A stretch of 64,000 nucleotides of DNA from a virus: the IMG/VR virus record IMGVR_UViG_3300044730_000851, positions 1 to 64,000 of that record, one strand, 5' to 3'. The position numbers and the translations under genes were made by a program. Below the pieces are notes generated by a model, which did no database searches, was not told the origin of the DNA, and worked only from the letters and a program-made list of their open reading frames with translations. Of the stretch, positions 46,990-56,800 are shown piece after piece (within the stretch, counting starts at the first letter, position 1; each line of letters starts with the position of its first letter).

Positions 46990-47658
46990 TCATGGGGTTC
47001 CGGCTAGTGCGGTCACCGATGCTCTGATGTGCTCGTAGCGGATCGGTGTTGGTCCATCTGGTGTTGGGCTTTGGGGTCCGGTGACGTTGACTTCCCGGAC
47101 GCGCTGGTACACATCGAGATCGAACGGAGACGCGATCTCAGACGAGACCCGTACCGTGAAGGCGTTCATGAACATCCGCTTTCCGGCTTCGGTTGTGTCC
47201 CTCTTGACGACATTGAGCAGGTCCAGACGCCGCACCGTGGTGTTCGGCACGTTGTTCACGATCCGCTCGGTGACCTCCAGGAACCCGAACCTCACAGGAA
47301 GACGGCCGCCCAGCATCTGCTCCAGGATCTGCCTGTCGTGACGTGGCTGTCGGGCGAAGGTGGTCACCTGGTAGTCGAGGTTGATGGGCGTTGGGTACCA
47401 GGTGTCCCATCCCTCGTCTGCAGACAGGTCGTCGGGCTTGAGGTACCACGGAGCGGACTTACCAGACATCACGCGTTCGGTGGCCTCGGACATATCGATG
47501 AGGTCGACGGTGACGAAAGGGAAGGACTGCGCCCGGATCTCAGGGTCTGGTTGCCCGAACCACACCCCGACCGGACGAATAGGGTTCTTGGAGTCGGAGA
47601 CGGTCATACCTGTCAGTCGGTCCCGTAGGGCCTCGTCCTCGCTGATAATGAAGGTCAC
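46990..47658 (-). CDS. Tail terminator/sheath stabiliser
   Basis: Immediately upstream of the sheath; FPFVTVDL...P.PINLDYQV. Confidence 0.65.
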   Translation of the reverse strand: MTFIISEDEALRDRLTGMTVSDSKNPIRPVGVWFGQPDPEIRAQSFPFVTVDLIDMSEATERVMSGKSAPWYLKPDDLSADEGWDTWYPTPINLDYQVTTFARQPRHDRQILEQMLGGRLPVRFGFLEVTERIVNNVPNTTVRRLDLLNVVKRDTTEAGKRMFMNAFTVRVSSEIASPFDLDVYQRVREVNVTGPQSPTPDGPTPIRYEHIRASVTALAGTP

Positions 47659-47957
47659 AGGAAGTCACCTACCGAATCGTGGATAGCACTGACGATTTCC
47701 GCGTCGATGACCTGGCGACGGTTCTTGAACTGCCGTACCGCCGGTGATGGTCGGTCTTCCATGCCGCCGTACTCAGCGGCCACGGCCGACTCGCTGCCGA
47801 CGACGTCCATTTCGGTGCCATCAGCGGTCACCAGTAGGGACGCCACAGCGTCCGCGGGCCACGCTGCCTGTGCCGCGTTGTACTGGAGTAGAGCCGTCAG
47901 TCGCGGGGAGGCATTAGAGGCCGCAGACTCCACAGCGTCCAGGGCCTTGTCGATCAA
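47655..47957 (-). CDS. Neck/tail completion-like protein
   Basis: AEYGG...P.PAVR; TTGA-coupled start. Confidence 0.55.
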   Translation of the reverse strand: MIDKALDAVESAASNASPRLTALLQYNAAQAAWPADAVASLLVTADGTEMDVVGSESAVAAEYGGMEDRPSPAVRQFKNRRQVIDAEIVSAIHDSVGDFL

Positions 47958-48145
47958 CGCTGCTTCTTCCCCCGCGTGGCCGCCGAGACTATTCCCCATC
48001 CGGCCAGGAAGGCAGTGATGGTGGCGGCTGCGGTTGCTGGTCCGCTGGTGGTCTTGGCGGGTCCGAAGACACCCTTGAGGAATTCAACTCGCTCTTGCGA
48101 CGAGTCGAAATCGGCTACACGCTCGTACCAAGGCTTCCAGGCCAT
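47954..48145 (-). CDS. hypothetical protein
   Basis: MAWKPWYERV...; GGAG RBS. Confidence 0.65.
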   Translation of the reverse strand: MAWKPWYERVADFDSSQERVEFLKGVFGPAKTTSGPATAAATITAFLAGWGIVSAATRGKKQR

Positions 48146-48210
48146 AGCAGACTCCAGCACTACCGCAGCAGGGTGACGTTTATCGGCCCCGCATGGACCG
48201 CGTCAAGTCC

Positions 48211-48239
48211 ACGGTACGAACAGGAGTCAGCCGCGTCAG
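48211..48239 (-). promoter_or_regulatory. Putative phage-class promoter CTGACG-N17-TACCGT heading the tail operon
   Basis: Intergenic, same geometry as the other CTGAC sites. Confidence 0.55.
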
Positions 48240-48258
48240 GGCTAACTTCGCTGTGATA

Positions 48259-48843
48259 TCAGGGGTACGAAACGACGCCGCCGTCGTAGATGGTCTCGGT
48301 ACCCGGAGGCTGATTCACGGGCCCTGCGTCCCAGCCCTCGGGGTCCGGAACCCCCATAGTGTCGTTGACCATCTCCTCGGGCTTGACCTGAGTGGACTCC
48401 ACTAGAACTCCCATGTACTCGAAGCCGATCTGCCCTCTCGGGAAGATTCGGTTGGGGGTGAAGATCGAGTCCCGGTACCCGATGCGGTCGACCAGGTGCT
48501 CGTCAGGGTGCGTCTCAAGGCTGGGAATGATCCGGACCATATCGTCGAAGTTGATCACAATGCGCAGGGTGTCGACCGTGTAGAAGCCGCGATCGTTCTG
48601 GAATAGGTTCGCCTGGTAGATCTCGGCGTTCACGACGGGAACCCGGAAAGGCTTCCTCCAAACGCGACCCACCGACGGGGAGCCCACGTCGTAGACCGGG
48701 TCCGTCCCAGACTCTTCCAGGTCGTAGATGTACCAGTCGACCTGTTGGCCCACAGGCCTCTGCAGGTCACGGGAAATGCCACGTCGAATGGACTTGACCT
48801 CAAACTCGGCGTCGAACCGGCCCAAGCCGTGTGATCCGCGCAT
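48259..48843 (-). CDS. Head closure/neck protein
   Basis: DPVYD motif, beta-rich; position before tail completion genes; GGAGG RBS. Confidence 0.6.
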   Translation of the reverse strand: MRGSHGLGRFDAEFEVKSIRRGISRDLQRPVGQQVDWYIYDLEESGTDPVYDVGSPSVGRVWRKPFRVPVVNAEIYQANLFQNDRGFYTVDTLRIVINFDDMVRIIPSLETHPDEHLVDRIGYRDSIFTPNRIFPRGQIGFEYMGVLVESTQVKPEEMVNDTMGVPDPEGWDAGPVNQPPGTETIYDGGVVSYP

Positions 48844-48853
48844 GCGAGGCCTC

Positions 48854-49420
48854 CTATTCCGCCCACCAGTGTCGCACGCGAGGGTGCTCTTCCTCAGGGG
48901 GAAGATCGTTCCAGAACGTCCTAACTGTGACCCTCAGGCCAGACTTAACGGAGGAGGTCTTGTGTAGGTACGGGATAGTTGACGGAAAGAACACGGTGCT
49001 GGGTGCTGTGGGTCGGTATTCAATACTGAGCCTAGGAAAGAAGAGAGACCCCCCTTCGTAGGACCCCGGATTGAGATACGAGACGGACGACGCAATGCGG
49101 TAGCGATCCCACTTCTGGTCGTAATGTTCCAAGATGACGCTTCCAGAGGACCCGCGCACAAGGAGCAACTCCTCGCGTTGTGTAAGGCGGCATCCAGCGA
49201 AGTCTCCGTAGTCCCGCGACAGTGTGGTTAGGTACTCGTCGTAGGCGTCCAGAACGTCTGCCCTTTCTGGTGGTGCTGCGGACAGATTGACGGCTTGGCT
49301 CGCGATTCCCTTGGGCTCTGCTGCGAGGTGCGCCATACCCAACAGGTCCTCAACGAGACTCGTAGGAATCTCATACTCGGCAACTCCGGGGAAGATCTGG
49401 TGTCGCCCAGACGCACTCAA
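48854..49420 (-). CDS. 2OG-Fe(II) oxygenase (prolyl-hydroxylase-like)
   Basis: HYD...YLN..YEGGSLFF...FFPS..PYLH...VKSGLR; TTGA-coupled start. Confidence 0.85.
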   Translation of the reverse strand: MSASGRHQIFPGVAEYEIPTSLVEDLLGMAHLAAEPKGIASQAVNLSAAPPERADVLDAYDEYLTTLSRDYGDFAGCRLTQREELLLVRGSSGSVILEHYDQKWDRYRIASSVSYLNPGSYEGGSLFFPRLSIEYRPTAPSTVFFPSTIPYLHKTSSVKSGLRVTVRTFWNDLPPEEEHPRVRHWWAE

Positions 49421-50148
49421 CGGAACACCTTCTGTTGGCGGTGCTGGTGCTGGTACCCCTGCTCCCACTCTGTTTTAAACACCTGGTCTCGGATCAGCAA
49501 CTCTTCCTGATCCTCAACAAACACCTCGGACGTCCAAGACTGTCGTAAGAACGGAACGACACGCGCGATGGGGGTTCCAGAGGCAATAGTCCCATCGAAG
49601 GTCTCCCGCAACAGAAACGCTATGTTGGTTGGGGACCGCCAGGAGTCGGAATCGACAATGGCGCTGAAAGTACGGAACATGTCCACACCAAAGCCTTCTG
49701 GGTGCGTGATCAGCACGCTAACCCCCCTTGGGGTGTGGATAGTCCAGGGGTTAATCCACTTGTACGCACAGTTCGTGTCGAAGCCGGGCGGCACTGGGTA
49801 CCTACCCAACTGCTCCCTGTCGAAAGTCCCAACCGCGCTGAGTACCCGCCGGGGCGCGGATGTAACAAATACGCGACCGCCAGACGCTCTACGAAAGTTC
49901 ACGTCTACAGGCAGCCTCAGGATGTAGCCAGACATCAACGAATCTCGCGTAGGGGAGCAGCGCTTCACAGTTGGGGCAGATCCTCGGCCCTCTGTTCCAT
50001 AGACAGCGGTTTCCCTCAGCCAGTTGGGTGCCATGGTGGCGGCGGCTGCGGGATGTGGTGCGTTATCGAAGTACCACTGATCGATAGCCCCAAAGCGCAC
50101 CAGACCTACCGGTTTGTCCTCAGGGGAGGGGGACGTAGTGCTGCTCAT
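49417..50148 (-). CDS. DUF6065-like/dUTPase-like-fold protein, paralog 1
   Basis: TVKRCSPTRD..MSGY...PW.I.TP.G.S.LITHP...VDSD...GTPIARVVPF.R..W. Confidence 0.65.
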   Translation of the reverse strand: MSSTTSPSPEDKPVGLVRFGAIDQWYFDNAPHPAAAATMAPNWLRETAVYGTEGRGSAPTVKRCSPTRDSLMSGYILRLPVDVNFRRASGGRVFVTSAPRRVLSAVGTFDREQLGRYPVPPGFDTNCAYKWINPWTIHTPRGVSVLITHPEGFGVDMFRTFSAIVDSDSWRSPTNIAFLLRETFDGTIASGTPIARVVPFLRQSWTSEVFVEDQEELLIRDQVFKTEWEQGYQHQHRQQKVFR

Positions 50149-50803
50149 TCTGTTTGTCCAAGGCTCTGAGCGGCGACACGTCATATGCGACCGTTATGCG
50201 GGGGCCTCCCCACGACCAGTCGCCCATGGCGTGCGGCCACTTGCTCTCTCCGAGGATTGCTCGGTTGTTTCTGTTTTCCACTACGACGATATCTCCGTCA
50301 ATGTTGTAGTGAGTCTGGGAAGGCTCGGCGGTCACCGCGTAGTACCCGTGAAACTGCGGCGCCCCCAGTGGTGAGTGTATGTGCCAGTCCAACTTTCCGG
50401 AATGTGCGTAATTGACGTTGAACCAACCCTGGACCATGAACCGCTGAGATCGGAAGTTCAACTCGTAGTAGTCGCACGCCTCACGCGTCATCTCTCCGAT
50501 AGCCAACAGCAGGTCATATACGTTTGATTCATGGAACTGGAACACGTTGTAGTCTCGCCAGGCAACCGTGGAAAGGGACCCTGAGTCTTCCCACAGGCGC
50601 TTTCCGGATTCGGCTCCCGGGGTTGGACGCCCAAGAGCGACTTCACTGTCCTGGGCCTCAAGGAGTCGGTACTTGGCGAGTAGAAAATCACTGAGGAACT
50701 GCGTATTAAGATCCAGGTCTCTAGTGAAGTGCTTGAACGGTTTGCTTGTCCGCGTGGGCAGCAGGGACCGTCGTCCGGTCAGCGGTACTTTTTGCTGTTC
50801 CAC
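50120..50803 (-). CDS. Putative 2OG-Fe(II) oxygenase (HxH type)
   Basis: GWFNVN...DWHIH...GYY...PH...RITVAYD. Confidence 0.75.
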   Translation of the reverse strand: MEQQKVPLTGRRSLLPTRTSKPFKHFTRDLDLNTQFLSDFLLAKYRLLEAQDSEVALGRPTPGAESGKRLWEDSGSLSTVAWRDYNVFQFHESNVYDLLLAIGEMTREACDYYELNFRSQRFMVQGWFNVNYAHSGKLDWHIHSPLGAPQFHGYYAVTAEPSQTHYNIDGDIVVVENRNNRAILGESKWPHAMGDWSWGGPRITVAYDVSPLRALDKQNEQHYVPLP

Positions 50804-51504
50804 ACGTTCTCCTTGTAGTAGCCGTAGATCTTGGTCCTCTTCTTCTCTAGGAGCATGGCCCCGCTCTCAGCCAACGCATGGTTGGTTTCCAACTTCCAGT
50901 CTTCCCGTTTAAACGGGAGCACTGTGAACATAGGGGTACCTGAGGGGATTGTCCCCTCAAAGTCCTTGCGCAGAAAGAATGTGATGGCGTTGGGAGCCCA
51001 CCATTGGTCAGTGTCTTGGACTCCGCTGTAGGTGATGAACGGAAGGTCATACCGGTTGAGTGGGTGCGTTATCAGACTCGAATACCCCGGAGGTGTTTTG
51101 AAGGCCCAGCGCATGTCCCAGATGTAGTGGGTGGGCCAGCAGCCAGCAGGTACTGGAACCTCGATGTAGCCCCGGGTTTCAATGGGGCGGACGATGGGGT
51201 CCTGCCAAGAGATGTGCGGTCCGTCGTCGTCCACGGCAACATCAATGTCTATAGGAGTGACGTAGTGATAACCGGTCGTCAGGGCGTCTAGAAACGGGGC
51301 GCAGTGCTTGAAACTCAGGTTGGCGGAGTCACGACCGTTCCTATTGCTGACCCCTAAGTCTCGCCTGTCATTCGATGTATGGAACAGGTACGCGTCTCGG
51401 TACCAGGCAGGTACCGACTCATAGGCCGGGCGCGGGGGTAGCGTGATGTCGCGGTACTGGTTGTTTGCGTACGTCTCGATGTGTAGAACTTCGTCCCCGC
51501 TCAT
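50779..51504 (-). CDS. DUF6065-like/dUTPase-like-fold protein, paralog 2
   Basis: FKHCAPFLDALTTGY...KTPPGYSSLITHPLNR...DTD...GTPMF...PFKREDW. Confidence 0.65.
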   Translation of the reverse strand: MSGDEVLHIETYANNQYRDITLPPRPAYESVPAWYRDAYLFHTSNDRRDLGVSNRNGRDSANLSFKHCAPFLDALTTGYHYVTPIDIDVAVDDDGPHISWQDPIVRPIETRGYIEVPVPAGCWPTHYIWDMRWAFKTPPGYSSLITHPLNRYDLPFITYSGVQDTDQWWAPNAITFFLRKDFEGTIPSGTPMFTVLPFKREDWKLETNHALAESGAMLLEKKRTKIYGYYKENVWNSKKYR

Positions 51505-52244
51505 CGGTACTCCTTTCTCGACCAGAAGTTGCTCCGGTATCCGCCTGTGAATACCGACCTAATCCGAGAAGCCTGTCCGTCAATTAGGTCTGCGTCGTAC
51601 TCTCCATGAATCGCGCTGCTCCAGGCCTCCCGAGCAAAGGGGACCACGACCGCTAACGGCGTGCCTTGCTTGATGACTCCTTGGACGCCGCGTCGCATGA
51701 GCAACGAGTACGCCCCATCCGGGGCGTACTGATCGGTGTCCATGACCGCGGGGAGGACCTGCCAAGGGACATCGATTGAGTACGGAGGGTGCGTGATCAT
51801 GACGCTGTAGCCGGGTGGGGTCAGGTATCCCCACAGCGGGTGAATGCGGAAGAGGTCCTCGCAGTATTGTGCCCGGTCAAACGGCAACTCCGATACTTGC
51901 TGCCTGTCGTGAAGGCTGACGACCTTCCAAGACACGTTGCCCTTGGGCAACTGCCATCGAATCCGGTCTCCGGTGGTGTCAATCGAGATATCGACGGGTA
52001 CCTTAAGTAGGTATCCGGTACTCAGTGCGTCGAGAACCGACGGGCACTTCTTGATGGTTTGATTGCCTTTACCGCCCTCGATCTTCATCGAGCCGCCCGC
52101 GTAGACGTCCTGTTCTCGCCACCATGCGGGGATGTTCTTGGACAGAGGCTCCGGCTTTGGGGCATACGTAGGGACACCGGGGGCCACCGGGAAGAACTGA
52201 ATGATTTTGGACGGCTTACTCGAAGTAAACCTAGTACTCAGCAT
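51501..52244 (-). CDS. DUF6065-like/dUTPase-like-fold protein, paralog 3
   Basis: TIKKCPSVLDALSTGY...TPPGYSVMITHP...DTD...IKQGTPLA..VPFARE.W. Confidence 0.65.
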   Translation of the reverse strand: MLSTRFTSSKPSKIIQFFPVAPGVPTYAPKPEPLSKNIPAWWREQDVYAGGSMKIEGGKGNQTIKKCPSVLDALSTGYLLKVPVDISIDTTGDRIRWQLPKGNVSWKVVSLHDRQQVSELPFDRAQYCEDLFRIHPLWGYLTPPGYSVMITHPPYSIDVPWQVLPAVMDTDQYAPDGAYSLLMRRGVQGVIKQGTPLAVVVPFAREAWSSAIHGEYDADLIDGQASRIRSVFTGGYRSNFWSRKEYR

Positions 52245-52983
52245 GGTCTGCGTTCTCGATTCTCGTTGGGGTTACGCGTAGTAGAGCGATTGGTGTGCCT
52301 CGCTTTATGACAACTGGATCATCTTCAGCACCCCGCTTCAGGAGGAACGGGAGGCCGAGAGGACCTGAAGGTGAGTGCGGCCAGGTGAGACGTGCATCTA
52401 ACGTCCTGAAAGGGAGAGAGTTGTCGTCAACTGGGCTACGCACAACGACATCGCAATCGACAGTGGGGCTCCAGTAGATGAGCCACCGGTAGTGTGCGTC
52501 GAAATACCGATCGACTGGGAAGTCTCTCCTGTATCTGACTCCAGTAACGCGTCCTGCGGGCTGGAGCACTGTTCGTGATACAAGGTCCGCGGACTCCGTC
52601 CATTCGGTTCCTACGTCGCTGGGAATTCTTCGTGGTCGGATGAAGACATCGGCAAACAGCCGGACTTCGTACTCACCCCCGGCACTAGGCTCTGGCGCCC
52701 AACTGATTTCAGATACGACTCGGTTGTGCGGCCAAAACTCGTCTCCCCGAGCAAGGGCCTGACGTTGTAGGTCTTCATGAATCTTTCGCTGCCAAGCCTG
52801 TTCCTGGCTGAGGTGAGGGCTGACTGGAAGTTCCCCGCGGACGGCGGTTGGTTGTTGAAACTCGTTGTCGTTGGCCGACATTCTCTTGGACGGACGACCC
52901 AGCATGCGCTCACTTGTCTGCGGGAAAATCGAGCGACGCCGAGTTTCCCCTCCAGGGTCGATTCGTTGGTGATCTGCAGTCAT
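52231..52983 (-). CDS. Divergent dUTPase-like-fold protein, paralog 4
   Basis: YRW...W...LPFRTL...LPFLLK...VIKRGTPIA; lacks the KxC motif. Confidence 0.5.
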   Translation of the reverse strand: MTADHQRIDPGGETRRRSIFPQTSERMLGRPSKRMSANDNEFQQPTAVRGELPVSPHLSQEQAWQRKIHEDLQRQALARGDEFWPHNRVVSEISWAPEPSAGGEYEVRLFADVFIRPRRIPSDVGTEWTESADLVSRTVLQPAGRVTGVRYRRDFPVDRYFDAHYRWLIYWSPTVDCDVVVRSPVDDNSLPFRTLDARLTWPHSPSGPLGLPFLLKRGAEDDPVVIKRGTPIALLRVTPTRIENADHAEY

Positions 52984-53000
52984 GGCGAACGACTCGTTAC

Positions 53001-53834
53001 CTATGCGTCTTCGGGACCTATGCCGTTCCACGTCAGCATGTGTTCGGTGAAAAAGAGGTCGTACGGTTCACAGCGAAGTGAGATCACCTCGGTACCTGAC
53101 GTGAGCGGGACCGACTCGTAAGTGAGGATGGGTTCCCAGTCATTCACGGAACCGTCGTAGACGAGATCGGAAGGCTCCAACGAGTCAGCGCGAGTCAGGG
53201 TGTAGACATCATTCCTTCTTACAAGAATGTAGTGACTCGGAGAGAACAGATCGCCATTGACGATATAGAGTTCGTCGACCGTAGACCTTGCGATGCTGGT
53301 GACTTCAGTCTCAACAAGTCCTAGGGACGTGAACGAATCGGACTCCCAGGCGAGGGATCCGGACATCGCGGCTAGAAGCGCAGCGTCAGCGTCCGTGCCG
53401 AGTTCTTCGATGTTGAGTGAATAGAGACGGTCGCCTACCTGGACGTCCTCGGCTCGGACGAGCCCCTCGGGCGTACGGACCATGGTGTCGGGGGCTACTG
53501 AGTAGTCGTGGTTGAACGAAAAGCCGAAGCCACCGTAGAAGCCGAAGCCACCGTAGAAGCCGAAGCCACCGTAGAAGCCGAAGCCAGGGTACACATAGTT
53601 CCAACGGCTGATCCCGACGGCCGACCCTCGCAGAACCACCGCTCCAGACGCGACTCCTTGGCTGATGACCTGCGTATCTATGCCGCTGTTGCTGGTGTTT
53701 GAGGTGGTCTCGCTACCCAGACTCAGACCGACGTTGGTCAGGGCCGTGATCGCGTTCGCACGGGTCTGTCCGACAATGTTGGGGACCGTGGTTTTGCGCG
53801 GTCCGCCGCGGTCAAGGTTGCGTGATGTCGACAA
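53001..53834 (-). CDS. PASTA domain - (YGGFGF)n repeat - Hint (intein-like) domain protein
   Basis: VPNIVGQTRANA...L...GL...VISQ...G.AV (PASTA); YPGFGF(YGGFGF)3; SVAPDTMVRTPEG...VQVGD...SPSH...VISL.CEPYDLFF...LTWN (Hint blocks A, B, F, G). Confidence 0.8.
   Translation of the reverse strand: MSTSRNLDRGGPRKTTVPNIVGQTRANAITALTNVGLSLGSETTSNTSNSGIDTQVISQGVASGAVVLRGSAVGISRWNYVYPGFGFYGGFGFYGGFGFYGGFGFSFNHDYSVAPDTMVRTPEGLVRAEDVQVGDRLYSLNIEELGTDADAALLAAMSGSLAWESDSFTSLGLVETEVTSIARSTVDELYIVNGDLFSPSHYILVRRNDVYTLTRADSLEPSDLVYDGSVNDWEPILTYESVPLTSGTEVISLRCEPYDLFFTEHMLTWNGIGPEDA
53521..53586. repeat. Perfect 18-bp tandem repeat (3.7 copies)
   Basis: AAGCCGAAGCCACCGTAG x3 + AAGCCGAAGCCA. Confidence 0.95.
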
Positions 53835-53862
53835 CTTCTTCTCCTACTGGTTGCGAGATCTA

Positions 53863-56800
53863 TTACGACAGGTCACCGGTCAGGACCCACACGTTGGCGG
53901 CCCGCTTCGTGAGCGTAGCCCCGGACCACTGCGCGCGAAGGTTCAAACCTGGCGTCGCATTGATGGTCACACCGCCAGCGGCGGCAATGTTGACGCCACC
54001 GGCACCCACCCGCAGGAGGTGGATCTGAGTACCCACCTTGAAGTTGACGGTAGCGTCTGCTGCAACCGTGAACGTAAGCGCGGAACCGCTGTTCATCTCA
54101 ATCATTCGTCCGGCGTCGCTCAGAACAAACTGATACGAAGCCGTCTTCTGGTCAATCACCACGGGGGCGTCCAGAACGTTACCGGCCGCCAGCGTGATGC
54201 CACCACCGGTCACTGACAAGCCGCCCGAAGAGATCGTGACAGTGGTGAGCGTCGGGGAGGTGCCGAACACCAGGGCCCCGCTGCCCGTCTCGTCCGAGAT
54301 CACTCCGGCCAGTTGGGCGGATGTGGTGGCCGCGAACTGATTGAGCCCGCTGGTGGTCAGGCCGAGGCCGGTCGTGGCGTGAACGTGGTCCGCTCGGGCG
54401 TACCGGAGCGACGTGCCCACGGCAGCGGTGCCGAGTGCCGCGGGGGTTGCCGCCGAGGCCTGGCCCACAACAAACGCCGTGGTTGCCAACTGGGTGGTGT
54501 TGGTGTCTGCAGCGGCGGTTGGTGCTGCAGGAATACCCGTCAGGGTGGGCGATGCGATCGGTGCCTTCGCTGCAAGATCCGAAACCAGGCCCGTGATCGC
54601 GCTCTGCGCAAGTGCGATGTTCGTGCTGGAGACGCTCGTCACACGACCCTTGGCGTCAACTGTGATGGCCGGTACCGCAGTAGCGGAGCCGTACACTCCA
54701 GCAGTCACTCCAGAATTGGCAAGTGTCAGAGTGATACCAGTCGTTCCCGAACCGGTGGCGTCACCAGAGACAGAGATACTCTGGTTGGCCGTCAGGTACG
54801 TATTTGTGTCTAGGGACCACGTATCGGCGGCCGTCTTCCGTAGGATGCCGCTGGTACCTGCGAGGGCCGCGATGGCCGTGAGGTCGGCATCCAGAGGCTG
54901 CTTACCGGCCAGCGAATTCGTGAGTGTGGTCGCAAACGACGCATCATCGTTGATCGCGTCCGCGAGTTCGCTGAGGGTATTCAGGGCCGCGGGAGCGGCA
55001 CCGATGAGGTCGCTGACGGCCCCAGTGACGAATGCTGTGGTGGCCACCTGAGTGGTGTTGGTGCCCGCGGTAGCAGTGGGCGCGGTCGGAGTACCAGTCA
55101 ACTCCGGAGACGCAAGCGACGCCTTACCCGCAAGAGCCGATGCCAGGCCAGTGACCTGCGACTGCGTGATCGCGATATCTACCGACGACGCTGCCGTCAC
55201 GCGACCCTTGCTGTCCACGGTGACCTGAGCCACCGAGTCGGCATCACCGTAGGTTCCCGAGTTTACGCCGCTGTTGGCTAGGGTGGCCGTGATGCTGGTG
55301 GCACCGGATCCGGTGATATCACCGCTCAGGGTCACTGTCTGGTTCCCGGTGAGGTACGTAGACGTGTCCAGCGACCATGTGTTGGCGGCCGTCTTCTTTA
55401 GCAGACCGCTGTTCGCCGAGATCTCGGCGATCGCGGTCAGGTCGCCATCGAGAGGCTGCTTTCCGCTGAGTGCCGTCTGCACCGTGGTGTGGAAGGACGG
55501 GTCATCGTTGATGGCCGCGGCCAGTTCGTCAAGGGTGTCAAGGCCAGACGGCGCTGAACCCCTGAGGCTGCTGATACTGGCATCGGTGTACGTGTTGGCA
55601 GCGCTTTCGGCGGCGTCGGCTTTGGAAGTTGCATCGGCAGCGGCGGTGGCTACTGCAGCACTTTCGGCAGCGTCCGCGTAGCCCTGAAGTGCGTTCGTGG
55701 CTGTAGCGATCTCTGCGTCAGTGTACCCGTTTGCAGCACTCTCGGCGGCGTCTGCCTTGGACTGAGCCCCGGCCGTGGTTTCAAGGAGCGACGTGTTCGC
55801 AATGCCGTGCACGTTGGTGGTGCTGGCGTTGTGGTTGCTCAAGGCCGTTCCAGCGCCATTCGCGGCGTTGGTAATCTGAGTGTTAAGGTTGGACATAGTG
55901 CTGTCGACGGCGCTGTTGATGGTGTTGTTTAGTACGACAACTTCCGCATCCGTGTAGTTGTTTGCTGCGGTTACTGCGTCGGTCTCCGCCTGATCCGCGT
56001 AGTCTTCAAGGTCACTTACTGCAGCCGCGAGATCACTTGCAGCCGTGCTGGCGACCGACGAAATCTGGCCCGCCACGGAAGTGGAGAACTCCGGGTCGTC
56101 ATTGATCGCGGCTGCCAACTCGTTGAGGGTGTTCAGGAGTGACGGCGCGGCGTCGACGAGGCCAGAAACTGCCGCGTCCGCGTACGCCTTGGCGTCCACC
56201 TCAGCCTGATCGGCGTAGGCTTCAAGGGCAGCCGTCGCGGTAACAATCTCCGCATCGGTGTAGGCGTTCGCAGTGTTCACGGCGTCGATCTCAACCTGGT
56301 CGGCGTAAGCCTCAGCGGCCTCTCGCTGCCCGAACGCATAGGTCTGAGCAGCACTCAGTGCGTCTGCCTCAGCCTGATCGGCGTACGCCTCAAGAGCCGT
56401 CGTGGCTGCAGAGACTTCGGCGTCCGTGTAGGCGTTCGCTGCCGTGACGGCAGCACCTTCGGCAGCGTCCGTGTACGCCTCTAGAGCGTCCACTGCGTTA
56501 GCGAGCGTGCTATCCGTGTACGTCTGCGCGGCTGATGTGGCCGCTGACTGCGCTGCGTTCGCCTTGGTTGTGGCGTCAGTGGAGGCCGCAGATATGGCGG
56601 CCGCCTGCGCTGCGTTCGCCTTCGATGTCGCATCGGACGCTGCGGTCGATACGGCTGCGGCCTGTGCTGCGTTTGCCTTCGACGTAGCGTCTGCTGCGGC
56701 AGTAGAGATGGCAGCCGCTTGGGCAGCATTGGCCTTGGATGTGGCATCGGTCGCAGAGGTGGCTACAGCGGCGGCCTGGGCAGCGTCCGCCTTGGAGGTG

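Noticed and set aside
53521-53586. YGGF is the enkephalin opioid message sequence; the DNA repeat could also suggest a mini-CRISPR
   Set aside because: There are no flanking processing sites that would free an N-terminal Tyr, and the match is expected by chance in a G/F/Y repeat. The repeats are contiguous with no spacers, so it is not a CRISPR.
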